Positions 8,924 to 18,345 are shown, counted from the stretch's first letter. The stretch is 64,000 bases of DNA from Chloroflexota bacterium (GCA_042408875.1 JBHOQS010000018.1:13112-77111); one strand, 5' to 3'. Program-made: numbers and translations. The notes: a model not told the origin generated them from the letters alone.

Positions 8924-9868
8924 GTGGGGCGCGCGGTGATCGAGACGCATGCGCACGGCCGCCGAGGTGTGCCGGCGGCCGTGCTGTTCCTTCTACTCTA
9001 CCTCATCTGGGGCTTTACTTACGTTGTGCTGCGTATCGGATTGGCCCATGCCGCGCCGCTGACCTTCGCGGCCGGGCGGGCGGTGCTCGGTGGGGCGGTC
9101 GTGGCGGCTACTGCGGCCTGGACCCGCCGACCCTTCCCGCGCTCGAGAGATGAGCACATCTTTGCTGCGCTGGTGGGACTCGGGAACGTCACGGCGCTGG
9201 CGGGCTTGATGAGCATTGGCGCGGCACACGTCAGTGCGGGTGAGACCTCTATCCTGATCTACACGCAGCCGCTCCATACTGCGCTGCTCGCCTGGCTGTG
9301 GCTGCGCGAGCCGCTCACGCTGCGACGCATCACCGGATTGCTGGCCGGCTTCACCGGCATGACGCTGGTGCTGGCCGACCGAGTGCGTCCGGGAGCGCAT
9401 CCCGAATGGGGGGCCTATCTGGCCCTGGTCGGTGGTGGCCTGGGCTGGGCGCTCTCCGCGGTCTATTACCGCAAGCGCCAGACTGAGGTGCTCCGCCGTG
9501 GCGAGCGGCAGGTGGATTTCCTCTGGCTCACAGCGCTCCAGGCGTGCTATGGCGGCGTGCCGCTGGTGCTGGGCGGGCTGCTGCTCGAAGGCTGGTACGC
9601 CGAGCCTGTGCTCGATTTCTGGTGGACGCTCCTGTACACCGGCGTGTTTGCCTCCGGCGTGGCGAACATCCTGTGGTTCCACCTGCTTAACCGGCGCGAG
9701 GCAGTGGTGGTCGGCGCCTACGTGTTCTTCGTGCCGGTCTTCGCCGTCATCTTCGGCGCCCTGCTGCTGGGCGAGCGCCTGCCACCCGCCGCCCTTCTAG
9801 GCGGCCTGCTCATCGTGGCCGGCATCTTCCTGGTGAACGCGCGCAGCCAGCCGGAGAACAAGGGCTAG
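8924..9868 (+). CDS. EamA/DMT-family transporter
   Basis: It is about 10 TM segments long with duplicated EamA-like halves (LIWGFTYVVLRIGL ... ANILWFHLLNR). Confidence 0.75.
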   Translation: MGRAVIETHAHGRRGVPAAVLFLLLYLIWGFTYVVLRIGLAHAAPLTFAAGRAVLGGAVVAATAAWTRRPFPRSRDEHIFAALVGLGNVTALAGLMSIGAAHVSAGETSILIYTQPLHTALLAWLWLREPLTLRRITGLLAGFTGMTLVLADRVRPGAHPEWGAYLALVGGGLGWALSAVYYRKRQTEVLRRGERQVDFLWLTALQACYGGVPLVLGGLLLEGWYAEPVLDFWWTLLYTGVFASGVANILWFHLLNRREAVVVGAYVFFVPVFAVIFGALLLGERLPPAALLGGLLIVAGIFLVNARSQPENKG

Positions 9869-9884
9869 CCCCGAGGGCCGGGTC

Positions 9885-10943
9885 TCACTCCATCTGCGTG
9901 GCGGCGAGCAGGAAGGCGCCGGTGCCCCAGGGATACGTGCCAGTGGGGATCGAGTTGTAGTGAGCGACGTCGCCGGGGCCGGTGCCGGCCGACACGCCGA
10001 CGACGTTGCCGCGCTCATCGACCTTGTCTTGCAAGGCCCGCCATGTGCGCCGCGCGGCGTCCATGTATAATCGTTCGAACAGACCGAGCGCGACGCCGCG
10101 GGCAAAACAGTAGGCGAACATGGCCGAGCAGGAGGTTTCGAGATACGTGTCCGGCCGCTCCAGCACAGTGTGCCACATCCCGCGCGGGTCCTGCACCCCT
10201 AGCAGCGCCTGGCAGTGCTGCTGGAAGAGCGCGGTGATGCGCGGCCTGCCTGGATGGGACTTGGGCAGCCACTCCAGCAGTTCGATGCACGACATGGCCA
10301 TCCAGCCATTGCCACGCCCCCAGAAGCCACTGGTACGCCGCCCGGTGCCGGCCTCCTCAGCGTGCAGGTAGAGGGCCCAGGCAGGGTCGAAGAGATGGGC
10401 CGCGTGCACCTCGACCTGGCGCACAGCCTCATCGAAGTAGGCCGGCCGGTCGAGCAATGCGCCCATACGGGCAAGCTCTGGAGCGCAGTAGTACACTGTG
10501 TCGACGAAAAGCCAGGCATGCCGGTCGGAGTGCTGGATCGCGCCGTCTGGCCAGCGAATGGCCTCGCGCATGATGAATTCGCAGATTCGTTCGCCGAGGG
10601 CCAGGTAGCGATCGTCCCGGAACACCCGAAAGAGCATGGGAACGACGAGGACCGGCCCCCAGGTCCCGCAGTAGGGCGTGACCGGCACCCCGTGCCTGAG
10701 ATGGTGGTCCATCCAGGAACGGAGATAGGTGAGATAGCGCTCGTGGGGGTATCGGTTCGCTGCGGCGGCCAGGCCGTACATCAGCAGCGACTCGCCCCAG
10801 TTGGTGCTCCACTCGGACGGTTTGCGGCTGAAGACCACAGCATCCGCGACCGTCTCGAGCAGGGTGTCAGGCATGCCGCACGTCTCCCCGATCCACTGCG
10901 CCGCGCTGTCGCGAAATACAGTGTGGCACGGCACAGGTTGCAT
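9885..10943 (-). CDS. GH105/GH88-family unsaturated (rhamno)galacturonyl/glucuronyl hydrolase-like protein
   Basis: FWGRGNGWMAMS and the surrounding (alpha/alpha)6-type pattern resemble YteR/UGL. An alternative start is ATG 10874. Confidence 0.65.
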   Translation of the reverse strand: MQPVPCHTVFRDSAAQWIGETCGMPDTLLETVADAVVFSRKPSEWSTNWGESLLMYGLAAAANRYPHERYLTYLRSWMDHHLRHGVPVTPYCGTWGPVLVVPMLFRVFRDDRYLALGERICEFIMREAIRWPDGAIQHSDRHAWLFVDTVYYCAPELARMGALLDRPAYFDEAVRQVEVHAAHLFDPAWALYLHAEEAGTGRRTSGFWGRGNGWMAMSCIELLEWLPKSHPGRPRITALFQQHCQALLGVQDPRGMWHTVLERPDTYLETSCSAMFAYCFARGVALGLFERLYMDAARRTWRALQDKVDERGNVVGVSAGTGPGDVAHYNSIPTGTYPWGTGAFLLAATQME

Positions 10944-10982
10944 AATCCTAGCATTTGTTGGGGAGAACGGTCAAGCAAGCGG

Positions 10983-11933
10983 TCAGTATCCCTTCTGCTT
11001 GTCCACGACATTGAAGGGAGGCTCTCCCGCAACGAAGCGTCGCGCGTTCTCGCGCAGGATCTCGATGGTGCGCCGCTCCTTCTGGAGCGAGTGGCCTGAG
11101 GAATGCGGGGTGATCAGGCAGTTCTCCAGCCCCCACAGCGGGCTGTCGGGTGGGAGCGGCTCAGGCTCCGTCGCATCCAGGGCGGCGAAGGCGATCGTGC
11201 CGTTCTGAAGGGCTGCCGCCAGCGCGGCGTGGTCGACCAGCGCGCCGCGGGAGATCACGACGAGCGCAGCGGTGGGTTTCATCAGGGCGAGCTGCTCTGC
11301 GCCGATCATGTGATAGCTCTGCCGGGTGTGCGGCGCGCTCACCACCACCACATCGGAGCGGCGCAGCAGCTCCGGCAGCCCGTCCAGCCCCCAGAGCTCT
11401 GTGACGAACGGCCCTTTCTCGACAGGTTCGGCATCGACGGCAAGCACCTGCATCTCGAAAGCGTGGGCGCGCCGGGCCACGGCACAGCCGATGTTGCCCA
11501 GGCCGATGATGCCCAGCGTGCCACCGGCGAGCTCGATACTGTGCCGGCGCACCAGGGCGCCCTCCCAGCGGCGCTGTCGCTGGAGATCCCGCGCCACGAG
11601 GATGCCGCGACTCCAGGCCAGCAGCATGGCGAAGACGTGCTCGGCCATGTTGCGGGCATGCGCGCCGCGGGCGTTAGTCACAATGACGTCGCTCTCCACC
11701 ACCTCAGGGAACGTGAGCAGCCGCTCGACGCCGGCGCTGGGACACTGGATCCAGCGGAGCCGCCGCGCCAGCCGGAACGCCTCAGGCGAGGGCCAGCCGT
11801 AGATGGCGTCAGCATCGACGATCTCGCGCTGTACGTCCTCCTCGGTAAAGGCCCGCACAACCTGGACGCCCTCCAGCTCGTCCAGCAGGTGGAAGAATCG
11901 CTCGTTCGCCCGTGAGGCCAGCACTAGCTTCAT
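10983..11933 (-). CDS. D-isomer-specific 2-hydroxyacid dehydrogenase
   Basis: It has the NAD motif GTLGIIGLGNIGCAVARRA and the catalytic-region TPHSSG. The start is ATG 11931-11933, preceded by AAGGAG. Confidence 0.85.
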   Translation of the reverse strand: MKLVLASRANERFFHLLDELEGVQVVRAFTEEDVQREIVDADAIYGWPSPEAFRLARRLRWIQCPSAGVERLLTFPEVVESDVIVTNARGAHARNMAEHVFAMLLAWSRGILVARDLQRQRRWEGALVRRHSIELAGGTLGIIGLGNIGCAVARRAHAFEMQVLAVDAEPVEKGPFVTELWGLDGLPELLRRSDVVVVSAPHTRQSYHMIGAEQLALMKPTAALVVISRGALVDHAALAAALQNGTIAFAALDATEPEPLPPDSPLWGLENCLITPHSSGHSLQKERRTIEILRENARRFVAGEPPFNVVDKQKGY

Positions 11934-12289
11934 CGCCGTCCCAACTCCTTTCGCCCTGATCATCCCGATCGCTCCGACCTCCCGATCGTCCCGATCACCT
12001 GAAGATATCCCGCCGCCATCGGATGGATGACCTGCCGCGCACCGGTCTTGCTCTCTGGAGCGCCACTATACGCGGGCGTGTGCTGTCTGTCTACCGGGGA
12101 GTAGTGCGTACTGCCTCCTGCGTACCACGTACGCAGGAAGCCTTGCTGCACCACGCTGTCCCAATGTGGGGCATCGTCACTCGCGCAGGTGGGGCTTGCG
12201 CAGTATTCATTACGCCATTACGCAGTACGCACTACGCATTCTGTAGTACACTGGGCTGCGACATCGACGGTAAGAGGGAGCGTAAAGGC

Positions 12290-13315
12290 ATGAGTGAGAT
12301 GGTTTCGTCGGGCTTGCCGCTGGGGGTCCTCCAGATTGGCGCCGGGGGAGCGGGCACCGGACACTTGCGGGCGGTGGCGGCGAACCCCCGCTGCCGACTG
12401 GTGGCGGTCGCTGATGTTGCGGCGGAAGCACGGGAGGCAGCAAGCCGGGACTACGGTGTGCCGGCGTATGAGGACTACCACGAGATGCTGCGCCGCCATG
12501 CCAGCGAGGCAAGCCTTGCCATCATTGTGCTGCCGCATCACCTATACCCCGAGGCCGTCGAAGCCGCAGCCGAGGCGGGCCTGCACATCCTGAAAGAAAA
12601 GCCGTTCGCTCGCAACCTGGCGGACGCTCGGCGTATGGCGGCTGCCCTGCACAGCCGCGAGCGGGTCTACATGACAGCGGCGCAGAATGCCTTCAGCCCG
12701 GCGCAGCAGCAGGCGCGCGAGCTGATACGGAGCGGTGCCATCGGTGAGATCTACCTGGCCGTGGGCACGATCCTCTACAGCTGGAACCCCGATGGACAGA
12801 ACTGGCGATGGCGCGGCCGCCGCGCGCTCTCCGGTGGCACAGCCATCCTCGATGCCGGCTGGCATATTCTGGAGAGCGTGTCGGCCGTCATGGGCCGCCC
12901 GCAGCGCGTGTATGCCACGATCGGCAGCATGCGGGCCTGCCCGGGCGGCGACTATGACACGGACGACAAGGGCGTGCTTGGGCTGGAGTATGCCGGCGGC
13001 GCCATCGCCAGCGTCGTGACGTGCCATGTGGCGCTACCGCGTCGCTTTGAGCTCCTGCTCCATGGCACGCAGGGCAATCTCGAAGTCCAGCCGGAGCGGC
13101 TGGTGCGCTACGACCGCCGCGCGGTGGTGCGAGCCTATGACCTGCCGGCCGCGACTGACCTCCGCGCCGTTCAGCTCAACCATTTTCTCGACTGCGTGCT
13201 CCACGGCAGCCAGCCGCACTGCGGTCTCGAGCGCTCCCTAGAGCTCCAGTTAATCGTCGAGGCAGCGTACCGCTCGGCGGCCGAGGGGCGCGCGGTTGCG
13301 CTCGACGAGTTGTAG
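12290..13315 (+). CDS. Gfo/Idh/MocA-family oxidoreductase
   Basis: It has VLQIGAGGAGTGHLRAV and EKPFARNLADARRM. I moved the start to ATG 12290, because the upstream part of ORF 12023.. lies in repeat-rich non-coding-looking sequence. Confidence 0.8.
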   Translation: MSEMVSSGLPLGVLQIGAGGAGTGHLRAVAANPRCRLVAVADVAAEAREAASRDYGVPAYEDYHEMLRRHASEASLAIIVLPHHLYPEAVEAAAEAGLHILKEKPFARNLADARRMAAALHSRERVYMTAAQNAFSPAQQQARELIRSGAIGEIYLAVGTILYSWNPDGQNWRWRGRRALSGGTAILDAGWHILESVSAVMGRPQRVYATIGSMRACPGGDYDTDDKGVLGLEYAGGAIASVVTCHVALPRRFELLLHGTQGNLEVQPERLVRYDRRAVVRAYDLPAATDLRAVQLNHFLDCVLHGSQPHCGLERSLELQLIVEAAYRSAAEGRAVALDEL

Positions 13316-13435
13316 CACTTGGTCAAACCTTGCTGAGGCAGATGTACCTGGCTCGACGCTGCTGCGCCCCACCTCGGGAGGCAACCGTGCTCGGAACGGG
13401 CGGACGCGCGCCAGCGCGAGGCGATCCAGACGCTG

Positions 13436-13852
13436 GTGGGCGGTGCGGCCGGCGGCCCGTGGAGGATCCTCAGGAACACGATTTCAACACTACACGGCCC
13501 ACAGTTCGTGCGCTTTGACGTGGAGCTCGCAGGCGCACGCACCCGCGTCCGCGCCGGAAACGTACTCGAGCTGGAGATGGAGCCGATCCGGAACCCTGTG
13601 ACGAAGGCTGAGGTGTTCCCTCGAGTTGTCCTCCCGCAAGGCTTCGTCTACAACGAAAGCACTCGCACATCGTCGCGGGCGTTTCGTATCCAGGGACCGA
13701 TCCAGTACGAGTATGCGGGCCGGGACGCGGCTTTCTCACTGTTTGAGTACACCGGCCCGGAGCAGCGGGGCGGTGAGCAGGAGGGCGCACACCACGAGCG
13801 TCGCAGCGCTCATCATGGCGCCAACTTTGACCGAGAGCGGGTCATAGACTAG
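13436..13852 (+). pseudogene. Possible truncated DUF1326-like remnant (C-terminal half only)
   Basis: FVRFDVELAGARTRVRAGNVLELEMEPIRNPVTK...FRIQGPIQYEYAGRDAAFSLFEY parallels the C-terminal half of the intact DUF1326 gene at 62668..63279. The N-terminal CSC..CPC part is absent. The 3' end overlaps the convergent gene by 117 nt. Confidence 0.3.
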
Positions 13853-16318
13853 GCGGACCTCACGCGCCCCCGCCTCGAGGGGGATCGCCCGCAGGGCAAG
13901 GTTGGCCTTCAGGATAGGGGCAGGCGCGCCGTCTACAAGCGCGCGCCAGCCCGGATACCAGCTATCGGACACGACGAGGAAGCCCGGTCGCGCCAGGCGC
14001 ACCGCAATGCGAAGCTCCTCCGGCGCAGCGTAAACGATACGTGCCTCGCCGGGCGGATCAAGCTGGCCGGTCTGCGCCATCTGTGCGGGCGTGCGGGACA
14101 GGCTGGCAAAGCGCTCTGGTAGGGGCTGCTCGAGCACGATGGCAACCGCAGGGTCGAACCAGGGAGTGCGCTCGCTGAGCAGCCGGGCTGCCTCCTGCGG
14201 ATCCGCCACGATGGCGTACGGCACAACATAGGCGCGAGGGAGTGCGGCGGCGTTGATGAGCACGCGGACAGAGCCGGTCAGGGGTTCCGCTGGCTCGATC
14301 CAGCCTGGTGCCACGGCCTCACTCGGTGCCTCGAGGAGGTAGCGCAGGCCGAGCAACCCGCTGAGCTGCGGATCAGGACGCGTGCCGCGTCGGGCCATGG
14401 CCTGCCGCCAGAGCGTGACATGCGGTGCATCGCCGGTGCGGAAGAGCAGCGCAGCGAGCCGGGCGTAGTCTCGGGTGGGCAGGAGCCCGCCGTCGTAGCC
14501 GTCGATGCTCTGGAGGCCGAACGCGGCGGAGAGGTTCGGCCACAGGCCCTCCTTGAACTGGGTGAACTTCGACAGGTTCTCGGCCCCCAGCGCGTCGAGC
14601 ATCCCGGCATGTGTGCGCTGGAGGGCGCTGGCATCCGGCAGCGTCAGCGGCTCCGGCACGATGCTGAGCATGCGGCCCGCGCCCTCGCCATCCTGTGCGA
14701 TCAGCCGCCGGAGGTAGCGAAGCGTCGAACGCTCCTGCTCATACACATCCGGCGCAGTGGGGTGGTGCACTGGCAATCCCAGGCCGGCCGCGTAGAGCTC
14801 GCCTGCCAAGGCGATGCAGAGCATCCAGGCCACGGGACGTGTGGGGGCCGCCCCGCTCAGCGCCATGCCGATCAGGCCGAGCGCGCCTACGGCAGCTAGG
14901 GCCCACATAGCCGCACCGCCGCCCTCAGGGAGCGCCTGGCTGGAGCGCACCAGGTAGGTGCGCACAGCATAGAGAGTCCCTGCCAGGGCGAGGGAGGCGA
15001 CCGCGAAGGCGAAGCAGCGCGCCAGGCGAAGCCGCGCCGTTCTACGGGTAGCCTCCAGGAGGGTATCCAGGCCCAGGGCAGCCAGCGCGGCAGTGGCGAA
15101 GGTCCACAGCAACAGGAGCCGACCCGGGGCCCGGAAAGCACTGAAGCCGGGCAGGAAATGGTAGAACAGGCCGTACAGCGGGGTGTAGGTGCCCAGCGCC
15201 AGCACGATGGCCAGCACAGCCATCACTGCGAGCACACCGGCCAGCCCGCGCGGCGTCGGCTGCACAGGAGCAGCGCGCGCCGGCGCCCGGCGCAGCCCGC
15301 CGGCCCACGCTGCCAGGGCCAGCAGCGCGAGCACGAGGGCGACCACCCCAGTATAGCCGATCTGCTCCACCGACGGTGTACTCCCTGGCCTCCAGTAGCC
15401 GGGCAGGAGCGCCTCCAGCAGGTGCAAGCGATCGAGGGCGTACTGCGTGGCCTCTTCGATCGGCACCCCGCCCTGGCGATAGGAGTGCTGCGCTAGCTCC
15501 ACCGCTGGCAGGAGCTGGACAGCCGCGAGCCCTGCCCCTACCGCCAGCGTGGCGCCTGCCAGCAGCACAGGGCGCAGCCGTGCTCTCCAGTTACATGCCT
15601 GGCCGGTCAGGGCGATCCAGACAGCGAGCCCGCCGAGCGCCAGGCCGGAGTAATAGGCCTCCTGTGTATGGCCGGCCAGGAGCTGCACAGCGAAGACAAT
15701 GCCCCCGGCGAGCGTCCACCGCCAGGTGCCTGTGGCGGCCCGCACGCAAGCCAGCAGCAGGAGGGGCAGCCATGCTGAGGTGTGCACCTGGTTCAAATGG
15801 TCGGCATGGGCGGTGAAGTAGCCCCCAAAGGCAAAGGCCAGCGCACCAATGAGCGCCGCCTCAGCGCGCAGCCGCAGGCCAGCGCGACAGAACAGGTACA
15901 TGGCCGCGGCAGCCAGCCAGCCGTGCAACGCAATGCTCGCATTGATCGCGATCCAGAACGGAAGGGCAAAGAACAGTACGTCCAGAGGATAGAACAGGGC
16001 TGTCTGGATGTTCGCCAGGAAGGGCGCGCCCAGGAACAAGCGATCGCTCCAGAGCGGCAGCTCACCGCGGGCGATGCGCTCCGCAGCGTAGCGTTTCAAA
16101 GGGAAGAAGTACGTGAAACTGTCGTAGCCAGTGAAGGTCAGGCCGCTGAACAGCAGCGTGCGGTAGAATAGCAGCGTATAGCTCGTCAGCGCTGCCAGGG
16201 CCAGCGCATCGGCGGCCAGCCAGCCTGCTAGCGCGCTGGTCTGTGCGCTGGGCTGCCGAGGAGCGGAAAGGGCTGCTGCAGGCGTGAATTGCGGCGCCGG
16301 GACGCGCGTGCGAGCCAT
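13736..16318 (-). CDS. YfhO-like large polytopic membrane protein (GT-C-type glycosyltransferase candidate)
   Basis: The protein is 860 aa. The N-terminal pattern FFPLKRYAAERIARGELPLWSDRLFLGAPFLANIQTALFYPL is typical of YfhO-family proteins. It has many TM segments and a large C-terminal extracytoplasmic domain. Confidence 0.7.
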   Translation of the reverse strand: MARTRVPAPQFTPAAALSAPRQPSAQTSALAGWLAADALALAALTSYTLLFYRTLLFSGLTFTGYDSFTYFFPLKRYAAERIARGELPLWSDRLFLGAPFLANIQTALFYPLDVLFFALPFWIAINASIALHGWLAAAAMYLFCRAGLRLRAEAALIGALAFAFGGYFTAHADHLNQVHTSAWLPLLLLACVRAATGTWRWTLAGGIVFAVQLLAGHTQEAYYSGLALGGLAVWIALTGQACNWRARLRPVLLAGATLAVGAGLAAVQLLPAVELAQHSYRQGGVPIEEATQYALDRLHLLEALLPGYWRPGSTPSVEQIGYTGVVALVLALLALAAWAGGLRRAPARAAPVQPTPRGLAGVLAVMAVLAIVLALGTYTPLYGLFYHFLPGFSAFRAPGRLLLLWTFATAALAALGLDTLLEATRRTARLRLARCFAFAVASLALAGTLYAVRTYLVRSSQALPEGGGAAMWALAAVGALGLIGMALSGAAPTRPVAWMLCIALAGELYAAGLGLPVHHPTAPDVYEQERSTLRYLRRLIAQDGEGAGRMLSIVPEPLTLPDASALQRTHAGMLDALGAENLSKFTQFKEGLWPNLSAAFGLQSIDGYDGGLLPTRDYARLAALLFRTGDAPHVTLWRQAMARRGTRPDPQLSGLLGLRYLLEAPSEAVAPGWIEPAEPLTGSVRVLINAAALPRAYVVPYAIVADPQEAARLLSERTPWFDPAVAIVLEQPLPERFASLSRTPAQMAQTGQLDPPGEARIVYAAPEELRIAVRLARPGFLVVSDSWYPGWRALVDGAPAPILKANLALRAIPLEAGAREVRLVYDPLSVKVGAMMSAATLVVCALLLTAPLLRAGVLKQ

Positions 16319-16435
16319 CGCGCCGGCATTCTACCACCCGCCGCGCGGCCGGACCAAGGGGTGCGCCTGCGCAGAGTGTTAGATACGCGGGCGATCTCGG
16401 CATACCGGCTGACCTGGGACACAGGAGGGAGCGCG

Positions 16436-17068
16436 ATGCTCGCCTGTTCGGTAGTCATTGTGGCCGGAGGAAAGAGCAGGCGTCTGGGCCAGGACAAGGT
16501 GCTGCTGCCCTGGCCGGTGCCACTGGACGCCGCGCCGGACGCTGATCCAGGGGTGCTGCGCGGCACGCTCCTCGGGGCGACGCTCAGCCGGCTGGCCAAT
16601 CTCTCCGATGACCTCATCGTGGCTGGCCGTGAGCTCCCGCCGGCGCCGCTCTACCGCTGTGTAGCTGACAACTTCCCCGATGCCGGGCCGCTGGGGGGCA
16701 TCGAGGCCGGGCTCGCTGAAGCGCGCTACCCGCGCGCCCTGGCCCTGGCAGCGGACATGCCGTTCCTTAACCTAGACCTGCTGCGGGCCCTGGTTGAGCT
16801 GGCAGAGCGTGAAGGTTGGGATGCAGTGGTCCCGCGGGTAGGAGAAGAGCTGGACCCGCTCCATGCGGTCTACAGCACAGGATGCCTGCCAGCCATCCGC
16901 GCTGCGCTGGCCACGGGGCAACGGCGGATGATTGCCTTTCTGCCGGCCGTTCGTGTGCGATATGTCGATGCCAGCGAGCTCCGGCGCTACGACCCCGAAC
17001 TGCGCTCGCTCTGGAATATCAACACCCCGGAAGATCTGAAGCAGGCGGCAGAGCTCGGAGGCGACTGA
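16436..17068 (+). CDS. mobA: Molybdenum cofactor guanylyltransferase MobA
   Basis: It carries the VVIVAGGKSRRLGQDKVLLPW signature and is about 210 aa. ATG 16436 follows AGGAGGGAG. Confidence 0.8.
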   Translation: MLACSVVIVAGGKSRRLGQDKVLLPWPVPLDAAPDADPGVLRGTLLGATLSRLANLSDDLIVAGRELPPAPLYRCVADNFPDAGPLGGIEAGLAEARYPRALALAADMPFLNLDLLRALVELAEREGWDAVVPRVGEELDPLHAVYSTGCLPAIRAALATGQRRMIAFLPAVRVRYVDASELRRYDPELRSLWNINTPEDLKQAAELGGD

Positions 17069-17113
17069 GCTCGGCGCAGATGAGCGCTATCCCCAGCCGC
17101 CTCCAGGGACGCT

Positions 17114-17143
17114 GGATCAGGAAAACTGGGATCAGGAAAACTG
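17114..17143. repeat. Perfect 15-bp tandem duplication GGATCAGGAAAACTG x2 abutting the LysM gene stop
   Basis: The copies are at 17114-17128 and 17129-17143. The stop codon complement starts at 17144. Confidence 0.95.
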
Positions 17144-17377
17144 CTAGCGTGCAGGCGGGATCTTCAGGACTGTGCCGGGGTAGATCTCCGTGTTCGGGTC
17201 GGCGTTTGCCTCCTCAAGGATCCGCTTGTTCGTCTCATAGAGGAGCTGCCACTTGCTCTCATCGCCATACTCTTTGCGTGCGACGGACTTGAGCGTATCG
17301 CCCGGCATCGTGCGGTACTCCCTCATAGGCCCCGCAGGTTCCTGTTTTTTCCCGAAGAGACGGTCCAGAAAGCCCAT
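17144..17377 (-). CDS. Small LysM-domain protein (78 aa), divergent from lexA
   Basis: YRTMPGDTLKSVARKEYGDESKWQLLYETNKRIL...IYPGTVLKIP is a LysM fold signature. ATG 17375-17377 is preceded by GAGGAGG. No TM segment or signal peptide is evident. Confidence 0.8.
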   Translation of the reverse strand: MGFLDRLFGKKQEPAGPMREYRTMPGDTLKSVARKEYGDESKWQLLYETNKRILEEANADPNTEIYPGTVLKIPPAR

Positions 17378-17426
17378 GCGTGCCCCTCCTCGAACGCGCT
17401 GGTGCTGCGAACCTGCAACCGGCAGG

Positions 17427-17455
17427 ATTATAGCAAGCCGCGCGCGGCCGGGCAA
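17427..17455 (-). promoter_or_regulatory. Sigma-70-like promoter for the LysM gene: TTGCCC, 17-nt spacer, TATAAT
   Basis: On the minus strand the -35 TTGCCC is the complement of 17450-17455 and the perfect -10 TATAAT is the complement of 17427-17432. Confidence 0.55.
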
Positions 17456-17488
17456 CTGCGCACCGTCGCGCGACGGTGCCTGGTTATG

Positions 17489-17517
17489 TTGACGGCTGCA
17501 CATAATTGCAGTACACT
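17489..17517 (+). promoter_or_regulatory. Sigma-70-like promoter for lexA: TTGACG, 17-nt spacer, TACACT
   Basis: The -35 is at 17489-17494 and the -10 at 17512-17517, with a 17-nt spacer. Confidence 0.5.
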
Positions 17518-17554
17518 AGCGCCAGGCAGCACAGCCATGCCAGCGTAGCGCGCC

Positions 17555-17566
17555 TGAACGCGTTCA
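17555..17566. promoter_or_regulatory. Perfect 12-bp palindrome TGAACGCGTTCA, a candidate non-canonical LexA operator
   Basis: It lies between the lexA promoter candidate and the lexA start. A related 8/10 copy (GAACGCGCTG, 17392-17401) lies in the LysM gene leader. The half-sites GAAC/GTTC match the Gram-positive SOS box, but the spacing is N2 rather than N4. Confidence 0.3.
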
Positions 17567-17663
17567 TGCTGAGGTAGTTTGCCTTCTCGCTGCACCCAGC
17601 GCGCGGCGGTTGGATATTTGGATAGATTGTGGTCCTGGAGCACATTCAACGGAGCGAAAGCGT

Positions 17664-18305
17664 ATGGCCAAGGGGCTCACCGCGCGGCAGCGCGAGGTGC
17701 TCGCGCGCATCATCAAGCATATCGAAGAGCATAATTGCCCGCCGACGATTCGGGAGCTTGCCGCAGAATTGAACATCACCTCGACCAACGGGGTGCGCGA
17801 TCACCTGCGCGCGCTCATGGAAAAGGGATTCATCAAGCGTAACCCACGCCTCTCGCGCGGCATCGAACTGACCGGGGAATGGCGTGCCCTGGTCAGCCGG
17901 GAGCTCGCCCGCTCCGTCAGCTACCCGGCGGCACTGCCGATCGTGGGCCAGGTTGCCGCTGGCTCGCCGGTGCTAGCGCAGGAGAACGTGGAGGACACGC
18001 TTACCCTGGACGCGCGCTACGTGCGCGACGGCGATTTCGCCCTGCGCGTGCGCGGTGATAGCATGTGCCTGGCCGGTATCTTCGAAGGAGACTACGTAGT
18101 TGTGCGCCAGCAACCTGTGGCGCAGCCGGGGGACATCGTAGTAGCCCTGGTCGGCGATGAGGCGACCGTCAAACGGTTTTACCCAGAAGATGGACGCATC
18201 CGGCTTCAGCCGGAGCATCCGGAGATGGAGCCCATCTTTATCCATCCAGAGGATCCGGCGTTTCGCATCGTCGGGAAAGTAACGGCGGTGTTCCGCGTGC
18301 TGTAG
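17664..18305 (+). CDS. lexA: LexA repressor
   Basis: It has an N-terminal wHTH (LTARQREVLARIIKHIEEHNCPPTIRELAAELNITSTNGVRDHLRALMEKGFI) and a C-terminal S24 peptidase with GDSM and VKRF (Ser/Lys dyad context). Confidence 0.92.
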   Translation: MAKGLTARQREVLARIIKHIEEHNCPPTIRELAAELNITSTNGVRDHLRALMEKGFIKRNPRLSRGIELTGEWRALVSRELARSVSYPAALPIVGQVAAGSPVLAQENVEDTLTLDARYVRDGDFALRVRGDSMCLAGIFEGDYVVVRQQPVAQPGDIVVALVGDEATVKRFYPEDGRIRLQPEHPEMEPIFIHPEDPAFRIVGKVTAVFRVL

Positions 18306-18345
18306 GCACGTGTAGGGCAGGCGGCACAAACACCGCCGCAGCACG

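Noticed and set aside
10924-10942. TGGCACggcacaggTTGCA, which looks like a sigma-54 promoter.
   Set aside because: GG and GC are 15 nt apart instead of 12. It sits on the + strand across the GH105-like start codon and points at the 3' end of a minus-strand gene.
12023-12289. Upstream extensions of ORFs: 12023..12289 (Gfo/Idh/MocA), 26337..26525 (DUF402), 49305..49832 (TIM barrel), 16289..16435 (mobA), 48733..49029 (zinc ribbon) and 52472..52675 (kinase).
   Set aside because: The extensions overlap neighbouring genes or repeat-rich non-coding sequence and have non-protein-like composition. Internal starts with SD motifs coincide with the beginning of family homology.
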